Of a stretch of 64,000 nt of DNA, positions 20,933 to 30,982 are shown in pieces. The DNA is taken from assembly GCA_965240465.1 (NCBI GenBank), contig OZ251219.1, positions 79,624 to 143,623 on the forward strand, in the 5' to 3' direction. Under the pieces are notes generated by a model. That model was not told the DNA's origin, ran no database searches, and saw only the letters and a program-made list of their open reading frames with translations. This DNA comes from a bacterium. GTDB taxonomy: Bacteria; SAR324; JACQKK01. Position 1 is the first letter of the stretch; each line of letters begins with the position of its first letter. The position numbers were made by a program, and so were the translations under genes.

Positions 20933-21619
20933 TCAACTAGTCTTGTTATCGGCAGCAGGATCACCAGGACGACGGCGGAAGGCGGCACGCGGCTGGTTAT
21001 GTTCTTCTCCCTTGTAAATCCACACTTTTACCCCTATGATGCCGAAAGTGGTGGCCGCCTCTGCGGTGCCATAATCAATGTTGATCCGCAAGGTATGTAG
21101 AGGAATACGCCCTTCACGCACCCACTCGCACCGAGACATCTCTGCTCCATTTAAGCGGCCCGACACCATTATTTTGCACCCCTGTACGTTCAAACGCATG
21201 GTGTTGGCCAAAGTTCTGCGAATAGCCCGACGAAATGTAACTCGCCTTTCCAGCTGACCAGCGATATTCTCTGCTACCAGTTGAGCGTCAATATCCGGGC
21301 GACGCACTTCCTTGATATTCACCTTTACCCGACATTTAGCCAACTGGGTTAGCTGGAGCTTGAGAACATCGGCAGATTCGCCCTTGCGACCAATGATAAT
21401 CCCTGGCCGAGAGGCATGAATATTAACAGTCATCTGCTGAGAGGTGTGTTCGGTCTCTACCCGAGAAATACCGGCATTCTTATGGTGTTTGCGAATGTAT
21501 TTCTCTATACCAAGATCAATATTAAGTAACCTGGCGTAATCACTTTCAGCAAACCACTTACTCTGCCACTGTTTTGTAAGGCTTAGACGCATGCCTATAG
21601 GATGTACTTTTTGACCCAT
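20933..21619 (-). CDS. rpsC: 30S ribosomal protein S3
   Basis: Canonical start MGQKVHPIG. The track ORF extends 38 codons upstream and overlaps rplV. Confidence 0.9.
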   Translation of the reverse strand: MGQKVHPIGMRLSLTKQWQSKWFAESDYARLLNIDLGIEKYIRKHHKNAGISRVETEHTSQQMTVNIHASRPGIIIGRKGESADVLKLQLTQLAKCRVKVNIKEVRRPDIDAQLVAENIAGQLERRVTFRRAIRRTLANTMRLNVQGCKIMVSGRLNGAEMSRCEWVREGRIPLHTLRINIDYGTAEAATTFGIIGVKVWIYKGEEHNQPRAAFRRRPGDPAADNKTS

Positions 21620-21621
21620 AA

Positions 21622-22125
21622 CTAACCCACCTTCAGGGTTACATGGCAGGAACGCTTCCGGATTGGAGCCGATCTTCCATATGCTCTGGCTCGCCATCGC
21701 TTTAGTGTGCGGCCCTGATTGACGAAAATACACTTTATTTTTAACTGTTCCAATTTTACACTTCCACCGCTACTTCGTTCTGCATTGGAAATAGCTGACT
21801 TCAAAAGATTTTTCACTGCTGGGCTTGATCCTTTTTTCACATTATCCAAAATTCCCAGTGCCTGTACCACATTCTGATTGCGAATCAACCCTGCAACCAA
21901 TCGCACCTTGCGAGGAGAAGTGTGGAAATTACGCAATACTGCCCGATACAAAACACCAGTAGAAGTTTCGGCAACCTGAGGTATTTGCTCAGAAATGGTT
22001 TTTTTATTGGCTTTTCTATCCGCGTCTCTTTGCTCCACGGATGCTTTTACAACGGCCTTATTGAGAGGATCTTTCGGGTTCGCCTTAGTACCGTCTGATC
22101 TGATATGAGGGGGTTTTGCATTCAT
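21622..22125 (-). CDS. rplV: 50S ribosomal protein L22 with an N-terminal basic extension of about 55 aa
   Basis: The L22 core begins near AVLRNFHTSPRKVRLVAGLIRNQNV. Only 14 nt separate the upstream start from the rpsS stop, so the extension is likely translated. Confidence 0.8.
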   Translation of the reverse strand: MNAKPPHIRSDGTKANPKDPLNKAVVKASVEQRDADRKANKKTISEQIPQVAETSTGVLYRAVLRNFHTSPRKVRLVAGLIRNQNVVQALGILDNVKKGSSPAVKNLLKSAISNAERSSGGSVKLEQLKIKCIFVNQGRTLKRWRARAYGRSAPIRKRSCHVTLKVG

Positions 22126-22139
22126 GGCAATTTTTAGGT

Positions 22140-22424
22140 TTAGCGCCTCTGGGCACGGGCATCTGATTTAGTGGTATGGCCACGATAAGTACGAGTAGGA
22201 GCAAATTCCCCTAGCTTATGACCAACCATATTCTCGGTAACAGACACCGGTATAAATTTGCGTCCATCATAGACAGCTAAATTCAAGCCCACAAAATCAG
22301 GCAACACCATGGAACGTCTGGACCAAGTACGAATCAAGCGTCTTTCATTGGTTTCCTTAGCACGCAAAGCCTTGGCCAACAAGTGTTGGTCTACAAAAGG
22401 TCCTTTTTTTAATGATCTTGGCAT
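22140..22424 (-). CDS. rpsS: 30S ribosomal protein S19
   Basis: Canonical N-terminus [10 protein letters not shown]. The track ORF starts 6 codons upstream (MIFFFI) by translating a poly-T tract, which is probably not real. Confidence 0.9.
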   Translation of the reverse strand: MPRSLKKGPFVDQHLLAKALRAKETNERRLIRTWSRRSMVLPDFVGLNLAVYDGRKFIPVSVTENMVGHKLGEFAPTRTYRGHTTKSDARAQRR

Positions 22425-22601
22425 AATAAAAAAAAAAATCACTAATTAATAATCATTTGAACTCAAAACAAAAAATGCGTGCCAGATCGTCTATTCAAAA
22501 TACCTGCTAGTGCAACTCTGGGATCACATCCCCTAAGTGTAGACCATAACTCACCTCGTTTGGCAACAAAAAACGTTAGAGATTATGTATTATCCCGCAA
22601 G

Positions 22602-22636
22602 AATAAATTGACTTTTTGTATTGTAGGTTATATCGG
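22602..22636 (+). promoter_or_regulatory. Candidate sigma70-type promoter for ftsA-ftsZ (TTGACT, 17 nt, TATATC)
   Basis: The sequence ttgactttttgtattgtaggttatatc lies about 115 nt upstream of the ftsA ATG in the divergent rpsS/ftsA intergenic region. Called by eye only. Confidence 0.3.
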
Positions 22637-22749
22637 TGGTAGGGAAGGATGCTTGTTTTGGAAGGGTGTCAATTTGAGATTAGATAAAAATTGGCAATAA
22701 AGAAGCATAGCAAGAAAGTTTAACGGACGCTTAACAAGGAAGTACAGCA

Positions 22750-23985
22750 ATGCGTCAACGAGATTTAGTTGTAGCAGGATTAGATATAGGCACAACAAAG
22801 GTGTGTGCGTTGGCGGCAGAGGTGACCGTAGCAGGGGATTTGCGTGCGATAGGTTTTGGGCAGGTTCCCTCCGATGGGATGCGTAAGGGAGTGGTGGTAA
22901 ATATAGAAAAAGCGGTGGGGGCAGTGCGTGGTGCAGTAACAGAATGTGGGCGTATGTGTGGCTCACCATTAAAGAGTGTTTATGTAGGCATAGCAGGTCA
23001 GCATGTTCAAGGAACAAATGAGCACGGCATGGTAGCAGTACAAAATGGCACAATTTCAGAAGATGATATTCGTAGAACTATAGAGTCAGCACAAGCTATC
23101 AGCATTCCATCGGACCGAGAAGTTTTGCATATTCTGCCTCGGGATTTTATTGTAGATGACCAAGATGGAGTTCAAAGTCCATTGGGAATGTCAGGGATAC
23201 GCTTGGAAGTGGATGTACATATTGTCACATGCGCGGCTACCAGCGGGCAAAATATTGTGAAGTGCTGTAACTCAGCCGGTTTAGAGGTAGCTGACATTGC
23301 ATTGGAGCCCCTGGCTAGTGCGGGTGCAGTATTGAGTAAGGATGAAAAGGAATTAGGGGTGGTGTTATTAGATATCGGCGGCGGAACAACGGACATGGTA
23401 GTGTATTCAGGTGGCAACCTTGTCCACACGGCAGTCTTGGCAGTAGGGGGGAATCACATAACGCACGATGTGGCCATTGGTTTGTGTACACCATTGCCAG
23501 AAGCAGAGCTGATTAAGCATGAACACGGGGTCGCTATGCGCAACATGGTGCCGTCTTATGACACCATACAGGTACCGTCTGTAGGAGGTAGACGGGAGCG
23601 TAATATGGACAGGCGAGTGTTGGCGATCGTAATTGAAGAGCGATTATGTGAGATTTTTGAATTGGTGGATGCAGAGATTCGCCGAGCAGGATGTTACGGT
23701 ATGATTGCCTCAGGAGTAGTTTTAACAGGGGGATGTGCACTACTAGAGGGGATTGATGATTTGGCACATAAAGTGATGGAACTTCCTGCACGGGTAGGTT
23801 ATCCACGTAGGATTAGTGGCCTAGATGATATGATTCATTCGCCCGCCTACGCCACAGTTACCGGATTGTTGCATTATGCCCAAGGAAATGGTGATTCTCG
23901 CAAGTACCCTTTTATGATGCGTGAACCACATTTCTTTGGACGCATGACTCGTAATGTGCGGCATTGGATGGACGATTTGTTTTAG
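22750..23985 (+). CDS. ftsA: Cell division protein FtsA
   Basis: 411 aa, actin-fold motifs (VAGLDIGTTKV..., LLDIGGGTTD). AAGGAAG ribosome-binding site 9 nt upstream. Confidence 0.9.
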   Translation: MRQRDLVVAGLDIGTTKVCALAAEVTVAGDLRAIGFGQVPSDGMRKGVVVNIEKAVGAVRGAVTECGRMCGSPLKSVYVGIAGQHVQGTNEHGMVAVQNGTISEDDIRRTIESAQAISIPSDREVLHILPRDFIVDDQDGVQSPLGMSGIRLEVDVHIVTCAATSGQNIVKCCNSAGLEVADIALEPLASAGAVLSKDEKELGVVLLDIGGGTTDMVVYSGGNLVHTAVLAVGGNHITHDVAIGLCTPLPEAELIKHEHGVAMRNMVPSYDTIQVPSVGGRRERNMDRRVLAIVIEERLCEIFELVDAEIRRAGCYGMIASGVVLTGGCALLEGIDDLAHKVMELPARVGYPRRISGLDDMIHSPAYATVTGLLHYAQGNGDSRKYPFMMREPHFFGRMTRNVRHWMDDLF

Positions 23986-24015
23986 TAGGTATGTTTTCCC
24001 AGTAATAACAGGAGT

Positions 24016-25389
24016 TTGAGTGATATGTCAGCAGGGATGCAGATTCAAGACATCAAAGAACATAGTGTACATGCCCCTTTGATTAAGGTGGTAGGAATTG
24101 GAGGCGGAGGTGGCAATGCCGTCAATCGCATGATGGAAGCTGGCCTTGATTCAGTTGATTTCGTAGTAGGTAACACTGATCTACAAGATCTAAATGCTTC
24201 TCATGCTCCATATAAGATACAGTTTGGTCCAAAATGTACTCGGGGGTTGGGTGCAGGTTCAAAACCGAATTTGGGTCGCGAGGCGGCGGTGGAAGATTTG
24301 AATAGCATTAAGGAATGTTTAAGAGGGGCTGATATGGTGTTCATCACTGCCGGTTTGGGGGGAGGCACGGGTTCTGGAGCGACACCGGTAGTAGCTGAAG
24401 TAGCTAGTGAGCTTAATTGTCTCACTGTATGTGTGGTGACAAAGCCATTTCGTTTTGAAGGGGCTGCTCGTTGTCGTAATGCGGAGGAAAGCATTGTCCA
24501 AATTAGAAAGCACGTGGACACTTTGATTGTAATTCCCAATGATAATCTCTTGGGTCTTTCGGGTAAAGAGACTTCTATTTTAGAGGCTTTCAGCATGGCA
24601 GATGATGTTTTGCGGGTGGCTATCCAGGGCATTTCTGACCTTATTACAAAAGATGCCCTCATCAATTTAGATTTTGCGGATGTTCGTACTGTAATGGGTG
24701 GAATGGGGCAAGCGATTATGGGTATTGGAGTAGGAGAAGGAGAAAATAGGGCTCTGGAAGCCGCAGAAAAAGCCATCCACAGCCCCTTGCTGGATGATTG
24801 CCGCATTGATGGAGCAAAGGGAATTTTGATTAATGTCTCGGGTTCCGCCAGTCTAGGCATACTGGAAGCAAATGAAGCAGTGAGCTACATCACCGAATTA
24901 GCAGATAAAGATGCCAATGTGATTTTTGGGGCCAACATTAAGCCTGATATGCCTGAAGAGAAACTGGAAGTGACCGTAATTGCCACAGGATTTGATAGTA
25001 CCAAAGATCAGAAAACGGGAACTGCTGAAGCGGGGCCTGTTTATTATCTAGGGACAGATAAAAACAGCAGATCGGAAAGATTAGAAAATGTGGAAGATCA
25101 TCATTCTCACCTGGGCGAATTGAAGTCTGTGCCAGACAGCTTAGCTGAAGAGCATTTGGCCTTCGTTGACAAGGAGAATGTCAGTGAAATTCTTGAAGCG
25201 GATAAAGATGCTACGGCAAGTGTGTCTGATATTGCTTGCCAAGCAGAGGATAAAGGTGCCGCTGAAGCTCCACTGGAAACTGAGCCCAGCATTCCTTCTA
25301 GTTATCAAAACGATGACAACCAAAACTTGTATGCAAATAATCTGGATGTTCCTGCTTTTATCCGCCGTCGCAACCACCGTGTACGGTAG
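24016..25389 (+). CDS. ftsZ: Cell division protein FtsZ with a long C-terminal linker
   Basis: Tubulin signature GGGTGSG and a conserved C-terminal peptide LDVPAFIRRR. Total length 457 aa. Confidence 0.95.
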   Translation: MSDMSAGMQIQDIKEHSVHAPLIKVVGIGGGGGNAVNRMMEAGLDSVDFVVGNTDLQDLNASHAPYKIQFGPKCTRGLGAGSKPNLGREAAVEDLNSIKECLRGADMVFITAGLGGGTGSGATPVVAEVASELNCLTVCVVTKPFRFEGAARCRNAEESIVQIRKHVDTLIVIPNDNLLGLSGKETSILEAFSMADDVLRVAIQGISDLITKDALINLDFADVRTVMGGMGQAIMGIGVGEGENRALEAAEKAIHSPLLDDCRIDGAKGILINVSGSASLGILEANEAVSYITELADKDANVIFGANIKPDMPEEKLEVTVIATGFDSTKDQKTGTAEAGPVYYLGTDKNSRSERLENVEDHHSHLGELKSVPDSLAEEHLAFVDKENVSEILEADKDATASVSDIACQAEDKGAAEAPLETEPSIPSSYQNDDNQNLYANNLDVPAFIRRRNHRVR

Positions 25390-25539
25390 AATCAAGTTAA
25401 TTAGAAAATAGCTTGATAAGCTAAAAAAGAAATGAACCAAAAAATAGTTAATAAGTATAGCAGTTTTGTAGATAGGTATTTTGCCTAGACTAGGATATTT
25501 TTGATGAAGGTGAATGAAAACCATGTTTTCATCCGCTGA

Positions 25540-26541
25540 ATGCTAGTGAAGTATCCTGTAAATGGAAAGATAAAAATTATGATTATGTCTTGGCACCTGC
25601 GTTTGTGTTTGAGGTTGGGGTTAAGGTTGGGCATATGGGGAATTTTGCTGAGCGTGTTTGCTGTAATGTTGTGGCAGCTGCTGTGGATATGGCTGGCAGT
25701 TCCGTTGGTAGGGGGGACGCTATTGGTTGGTTTATGGGAGGCATGGCGGTTGATGCATCAGCATGGGAGTGGTAGGTTGAAGGGGTGGGTGTATGGAGCA
25801 TTTAAGGGAGCGGCAATGAGTGGGCTGGCGTTTTATGCTTCGTTTTTGATGTCGCGACCAGAGTGGTTCTGGCCTTTGCTGTTGGCATTGGTTGCTGGGA
25901 GTTGTGGAGGGTATCGAAAATATCGGCTGAGCGGGTTAAAACATTATTTGCTTAGCTGGGGTCTGGGTGTTGTAGTTGGTGGAGCGTGGGCTTGGGTATT
26001 ACTGAGCTTGTTACCATGGTTGGTATTTGTATTAGGGTTGTGGAGTGTGGGATGGCTATGGTGGTGGATTTTGTTACCCAAGCTATTAGCTCGTAGCTGG
26101 GTGCGAGTACTAAATGGACCCTTAGAGGACATGTGTTATCCGCTGCGGGGCGAGCTAATAAAGATTGGTGCGGATGCAGATAACCACGTGGTGTTGGAGA
26201 ATTACGCTAGAGTTTACCCTTTTCATGGCTGTGTATCTAGTTCTAAAGGATGCTATAGGCTGATAGGTGACCAACAGAGGAGCGAAGTATTGGTTAATTA
26301 TCGTCAGTTTGCACAGCATAAATTAGAGAGTGGAGATTTACTTAAGTTGGGTGACGCACTGCTTCAAGTGGGAGGCAAGCTACCAACAGAAGATTCTGTC
26401 CCGGCAAGACAGAAAAATCGGGGGAGATATGGAAGGAACAGAAGTTCCCGTTATAGAGGTAGGCACAGCAGGGGACAAGATGCTGCTAGAGAGTACGGCA
26501 GAGGACGTCGGACACAAGGGTTTAGAAGCAGTAATAAGTAA
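25540..26541 (+). CDS. Polytopic membrane protein with a C-terminal FHA-like domain and an Arg/Gly/Tyr-rich tail
   Basis: The N-terminal ~200 aa are Trp-rich TM segments. An FHA-like core (IKIGADADNHVVLENYARVYPFHGCV...YRLIGDQQRSEVLVNYRQF..LESGDLLKLGDALLQV) follows. The tail reads RQKNRGRYGRNRSSRYRGRHSRGQDAAREYGRGRRTQGFRSSNK. Confidence 0.5.
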   Translation: MLVKYPVNGKIKIMIMSWHLRLCLRLGLRLGIWGILLSVFAVMLWQLLWIWLAVPLVGGTLLVGLWEAWRLMHQHGSGRLKGWVYGAFKGAAMSGLAFYASFLMSRPEWFWPLLLALVAGSCGGYRKYRLSGLKHYLLSWGLGVVVGGAWAWVLLSLLPWLVFVLGLWSVGWLWWWILLPKLLARSWVRVLNGPLEDMCYPLRGELIKIGADADNHVVLENYARVYPFHGCVSSSKGCYRLIGDQQRSEVLVNYRQFAQHKLESGDLLKLGDALLQVGGKLPTEDSVPARQKNRGRYGRNRSSRYRGRHSRGQDAAREYGRGRRTQGFRSSNK

Positions 26542-26586
26542 ATTGCTGAGGTCAGTTATGACACCTTTTTTATATTAAGTTAGGTT

Positions 26587-27636
26587 TTGGTGATGAATGT
26601 TTTGTTAATAAGAATAATAAATATAGCTGCATATTTGAAGATTATTAATTGGAGGATTACAGGGATATTTGCAGTAACAATGTTGCTCCCTAAGCAGGTG
26701 ATGGCAACAGACAGTTTTAGTGCATCAATTTCAATGGAAGTAGTCATAATACTCCTATCTTTGCTGGGGCTTGTTATATGCTGGATATGCTTTCGGCAAG
26801 GATGGAACATAAAAAATATGCAAAGTCCTGGGTTGGAGGTTATTTCTCCTACTGAGAAGCGTCATTTTTTGTCGCTTCCGCAATTACCATGTAACTTGGA
26901 ATTTATTTCCCAGCGGTTGAAATATTCGCAACTGCGTATTTCTGGGGGCTTAAATCGGGTACTGATGAAGAAGGACCCACGGGGAAATGTGATGTTGGAA
27001 GACAAAAACAATCGCAGTGTTATGTTGCACAATCGCCGTCGACTGGAACACATAAAATTGCTGATATATGATGTGCTGGATTTTGGTGAAATTACTCTAA
27101 TGTATCGTGATTCCAATCTTGAAGCACATTCTAAGGAGGCATCAAGCCTGATATCAAAATTTATGGCAATGCTCAGATCAAAGTCTACTGTGTACAAGGC
27201 TCCCAACCAATGGTCTGTCAGTAAAAAGTCTATCGCAGAGCCAACAGCTACAGGAATATCTTTTTGTCAACCGTTGATGCCTATGCCAAAGCAAGCACCT
27301 TCGTTTATTTCTACGAGGAATCGAGAACAAGTATTCTTCATTACCAAAAATGTGGTGTTTATTGGTAGCTCTTCTATCAACGATTTAGTATTGAAATCCC
27401 CAGATGTAGCTCTCAAGCATGCCAAACTGGAGCGTGTCAGTGACCGTTACAAGTTGGTACAACTGAGCCCTCGTGCTCACATTACCATCAACAGACGACG
27501 GGTGGAGCAAGGATATCTTAGGGCCGGAGACGAAGTGTATTTTGAAGGAACAGGCTTTATTTTTCGCTCCGAAACCAGTACTCAGGATCCAAAAGAAAAA
27601 AATACAAGTGATAAAGGCCATGTTCTAGCATCGTAG
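26587..27636 (+). CDS. Single-pass membrane protein with a C-terminal FHA-like domain
   Basis: One TM helix (MEVVIILLSLLGLVICWICF), then an FHA-like region (VFIGSSSINDLVLKSPDVALKHAKLERVSDRYKLVQLSPRAHITINRRRVEQGYLRAGDEVYFEGTGFIF). The true start may be an internal Met. Confidence 0.5.
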   Translation: MVMNVLLIRIINIAAYLKIINWRITGIFAVTMLLPKQVMATDSFSASISMEVVIILLSLLGLVICWICFRQGWNIKNMQSPGLEVISPTEKRHFLSLPQLPCNLEFISQRLKYSQLRISGGLNRVLMKKDPRGNVMLEDKNNRSVMLHNRRRLEHIKLLIYDVLDFGEITLMYRDSNLEAHSKEASSLISKFMAMLRSKSTVYKAPNQWSVSKKSIAEPTATGISFCQPLMPMPKQAPSFISTRNREQVFFITKNVVFIGSSSINDLVLKSPDVALKHAKLERVSDRYKLVQLSPRAHITINRRRVEQGYLRAGDEVYFEGTGFIFRSETSTQDPKEKNTSDKGHVLAS

Positions 27637-27811
27637 GTATTGACACCTCGGTAATCACAGTCGTAGATGGCTTCTAGTAGTGTTCGGTTCAGCTAAAAAC
27701 TTACCACCCGTAGCACAGTTCCATAAGAATCACTGGCTGGATATTGTTGCCAATTCCCACTGAAAACCATAATCTGCTCGTTTTTGAGCGGAGATCGTGC
27801 CTGTGGCTGGG

Positions 27812-28285
27812 TTATTTGCTGTCTTGCTCTTCTAAATCTTGAACACCTTCCAGTTGTTCTTCATAAAATGAGCGTCCCATGAGTCTTTCCTGTTGTTGCT
27901 GAAATTCCAAGCTATAGAGAGTGAGCGGCATCAGTAGCAACCTACGAGGATTGATAACCTCATCAGTTCCTTCACAAAGGCCATAGGTACCTTGAGCCAT
28001 ACGATCAAATGCTTCTTCAATATGTTGCAAGCGGCGCAAATGGCGTTGATGCATAATCAAGTTCATTTCTCTATCACGTTCCTCAGAAGCATGGTCTAGG
28101 GCATCTCCGACCTCCTTGCCTACGTTTTCGGGAAACTCGCTGTGCAGATGATTATTTATCACCTGTTCGCTGTCAGCACGCATCTTTTCAAGCTTGGCAA
28201 TAATTTCACGTAACACATCCGCATCTAAGTGCTGGAGGTTATATACAGGGGGAGTATTGATCCTGGTGGCTTTCTGCTTGTCCAT
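27812..28285 (-). CDS. DksA/TraR-family protein lacking the C4 zinc finger
   Basis: A coiled-coil tip with D..D.A (DALDHASEE) and a C-terminal segment YGLCEGTDEVINPRRLLLMPLTLYS that parallels DksA [25 protein letters not shown]. Only one of the four Cys residues is retained. Confidence 0.5.
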   Translation of the reverse strand: MDKQKATRINTPPVYNLQHLDADVLREIIAKLEKMRADSEQVINNHLHSEFPENVGKEVGDALDHASEERDREMNLIMHQRHLRRLQHIEEAFDRMAQGTYGLCEGTDEVINPRRLLLMPLTLYSLEFQQQQERLMGRSFYEEQLEGVQDLEEQDSK

Positions 28286-28635
28286 ATAATCTGCTTCCTT
28301 TGCGTTAGGTAATCAAAAAATCACTGAAAAAATAAATGCTGGTAATGTATTTTTATCAATACTATCAAATCACGCTTCCAAACGGTGCCAATGTAGCCTA
28401 CAGACAGGCACCATCGGTCCCAATCCACAACGGAATCCTACCATATTCTTCCTTGATAAGATAGGTCTTTATTTATATCTGTATTAAAGATACTCCTAAT
28501 CCCCCAGCTACATAGATTATTTTAGACGGCAGAGTTTCAACGCAGAAAATGCAACACCTTAAAAACATCGGTAGTCTCTAGAATCAGTATGATGAATAAT
28601 AAAAATTGATGAGATGCTTTCCAAAAACCGGCAAT

Positions 28636-30741
28636 CTAACCAAAGAATACCTGAAACAACCCCTCTCCAAAACTATGAGCAAAAACCAGACTAACAATGG
28701 CCTGTAGCTTTATAAGGATATTCAAAGAAGGTCCGGAGGTATCTTTGAGTGGATCACCAACTGTATCTCCAATGACAGCAGCCGCATGAGCATCGGATCC
28801 TTTGCCACCCAAATGTCCTTGCTCAATTAATTTTTTAGCATTGTCCCACGCACCACCCGCATTAACTGATGAGGTAGCTAGTACCACCCCTGAGGCAAGG
28901 CTACCTATCAACAAACCTGCCAGAGGCTCCACTCCAAATAAAAAACCTACCGCCAGAGGAACCAGCAATACTTGGATGGCAGGGACAATCATATTTCTTA
29001 AGGCTGATTTAGTGGCTATATCCACGCAACGGCGGTAGTTGGGAAGAACGGTGGAAGTTTCTTCTTCTTCCCCATCATCATCTTCTTCTGTTGATACATT
29101 TTTAAGACCAGGGATGGTAGCAAACTGGCGGCGTGATTCGTTAATAAGTTCTTTGGCAGTACGTCCTACAGCTCTGAGCATCATGGAAGTAAAGGAGAAT
29201 GGTAGCATGGCACCGATCACCAGCAGGGAAATGACGCTTGGTTTTAGAATATCAAGGGTATCAATACCTGAGCGTACCAAGAAGGCAAATATCAGTGCTA
29301 AAGAAGTCAGTGCGGCAGATCCGATGGCAAATCCTTTACCTACCGCGGCAGTGGTATTACCCGCGGCATCAAGGGCATCGGTGCGGCGGCGTACGACACT
29401 GTCCATGCTCGCCATTTGAGCAATGCCTCCAGCATTATCCGCAACGGGACCAAAAGCATCAATGGTGAGGGTCATGATAATTGCCCCCAGCATGCCGATA
29501 GCCGACAGTGCTATTCCGTACATTCCTGCCGCAGAAAAACCTATGAAAACTGTGATACCCAACAGGATCACGGGAATTACGCTACTACGATGACCGAGTG
29601 CCATACCAATCACGATGTTTGTAGCGGCACCAGTACGGGAAGCAGAAGCTATTTCACGAACCGGACGTTTGTGGGAGGAGGTGTAAAATTCAGTTACGAT
29701 GCCAATCAGCAAACCTGATAACAATCCGCTTAGCACCGATAAATAAACTCCCATTCGTGAGATATTTTTCACCCCTATGACAAATTCTTCTGGCAAAGAA
29801 AAAAGAGTTACTATCAAAGTCACAAAGGCCATCAAGACAGTTGAGGCAAACAAAGAGAATTTCAAGGCAGATTCTGCTCTGCGTGCTGTGTTAGCACGTA
29901 CAAAAAAAGCAACTACCAAGGCCACGGGCACCCCAAAAGCAGTGAGAGTAATGGGGTAAAGCAGTGCTAATTCGGTAGAAAAAATGGTAGCTCCAATTAC
30001 TAAGGCAGCACAGGTGCTCTCTGTGATAGAACCAAATAAATCGGCACCCATGCCAGCTACATCACCTACGTTATCACCCACATTATCTGCAATTACAGCG
30101 GGATTGCGAGGATCATCTTCAGGGATGTTCTGTTCAATTTTGCCTACTAAATCGGCACTCATATCGGCAGCTTTGGTAAAAATCCCTCCGCCTACACGGG
30201 CAAACAACGCTATGCTGGAGCCTCCTAAAGCAAATCCTGCTATAGCTTCCATCAAGTGCCTAGTATCTTTGATGAATGGTTTATATAAAAGGTACATGAT
30301 TATCAGGCCCAGCAGGGCAATGCCCACCAGACCAAAACCCATTACTGCACCAGATTGGAATGCTCTACGAAAAGCTAATCTCAGCGAACGCCTAGCAGCA
30401 ACAGCAGTCCGAATATTGCCCTCGGTAGCAGCTCGCATACCCAACCATCCCGCCCCAATAGAGCAAAATGCCCCTACAGCAAATGAAAATGCAGAGCCAA
30501 AATCTACCACCAGAAACACTAGTAAGCCAAACCCTATGATAAATACCAGCATGTGACGAAATTCTCGTTTTAGAAATGCTTGTGATCCTAAAGAAATGGC
30601 TCCAGAAATTTGAACCATTCGTTCTGCCTGAGATTTGGGGATGCCTTTGGTTGGATCTTGCTTTATGACCTGCCTCAGAAAAACAAAGGCCGTCAGCAGT
30701 GACAATAATCCCAAGATAACAATAGTTGTTTCAACAGACAT
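28636..30741 (-). CDS. hppA: Membrane-bound H+/Na+-translocating pyrophosphatase
   Basis: 701 aa with DNVGDNVGD and [10 protein letters not shown] motifs. The Ala in GNTTAA suggests the K+-dependent subtype. Confidence 0.9.
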   Translation of the reverse strand: MSVETTIVILGLLSLLTAFVFLRQVIKQDPTKGIPKSQAERMVQISGAISLGSQAFLKREFRHMLVFIIGFGLLVFLVVDFGSAFSFAVGAFCSIGAGWLGMRAATEGNIRTAVAARRSLRLAFRRAFQSGAVMGFGLVGIALLGLIIMYLLYKPFIKDTRHLMEAIAGFALGGSSIALFARVGGGIFTKAADMSADLVGKIEQNIPEDDPRNPAVIADNVGDNVGDVAGMGADLFGSITESTCAALVIGATIFSTELALLYPITLTAFGVPVALVVAFFVRANTARRAESALKFSLFASTVLMAFVTLIVTLFSLPEEFVIGVKNISRMGVYLSVLSGLLSGLLIGIVTEFYTSSHKRPVREIASASRTGAATNIVIGMALGHRSSVIPVILLGITVFIGFSAAGMYGIALSAIGMLGAIIMTLTIDAFGPVADNAGGIAQMASMDSVVRRRTDALDAAGNTTAAVGKGFAIGSAALTSLALIFAFLVRSGIDTLDILKPSVISLLVIGAMLPFSFTSMMLRAVGRTAKELINESRRQFATIPGLKNVSTEEDDDGEEEETSTVLPNYRRCVDIATKSALRNMIVPAIQVLLVPLAVGFLFGVEPLAGLLIGSLASGVVLATSSVNAGGAWDNAKKLIEQGHLGGKGSDAHAAAVIGDTVGDPLKDTSGPSLNILIKLQAIVSLVFAHSFGEGLFQVFFG

Positions 30742-30982
30742 GGAGTTTCCTTTTGGTTAGTAAGATAATAATAAAAATCGCTGGACAAAAATACTCATAT
30801 TTTGAAAATATTAAAAAGCCGTAGATATAGCCAGCTACGAGAATCATGCCATGAAAAATTATACGGCTTATGCGGAAAAAATAAAAACATTTTTTGAAAA
30901 TCAACTTAACTTGGATATTATATGGGCAATAGTGTTTAGTGTCTAGTTTCTTTTTCGGTGACTTTCTAATATTTAGTGAGTA

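Noticed and set aside
20923-20988. Longer N-terminal versions of rplP (from 20988), rpsC (from 21733), rpsS (from 22442) and rpmB (from 46308) given in the ORF track.
   Set aside because: The canonical conserved N-termini ([42 protein letters not shown]) begin at internal Met residues. The extensions overlap upstream genes or read through a poly-T tract.
24201-24860. 219-aa antisense ORF inside ftsZ. Similar antisense or alternative-frame ORFs occur inside fusA (1037..1315, 1060..1296), secY, hppA (29039..29718) and gyrA.
   Set aside because: They are embedded in strongly conserved genes on the opposite strand or in another frame. They show no recognisable protein features and come from GC-skewed codon positions.
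30820-30880. 8-bp inverted repeat aagccgta...tacggctt with a 38-nt spacer in the hppA upstream region.
   Set aside because: The stem is too short and the loop too long to argue for a structured RNA or operator without further evidence.
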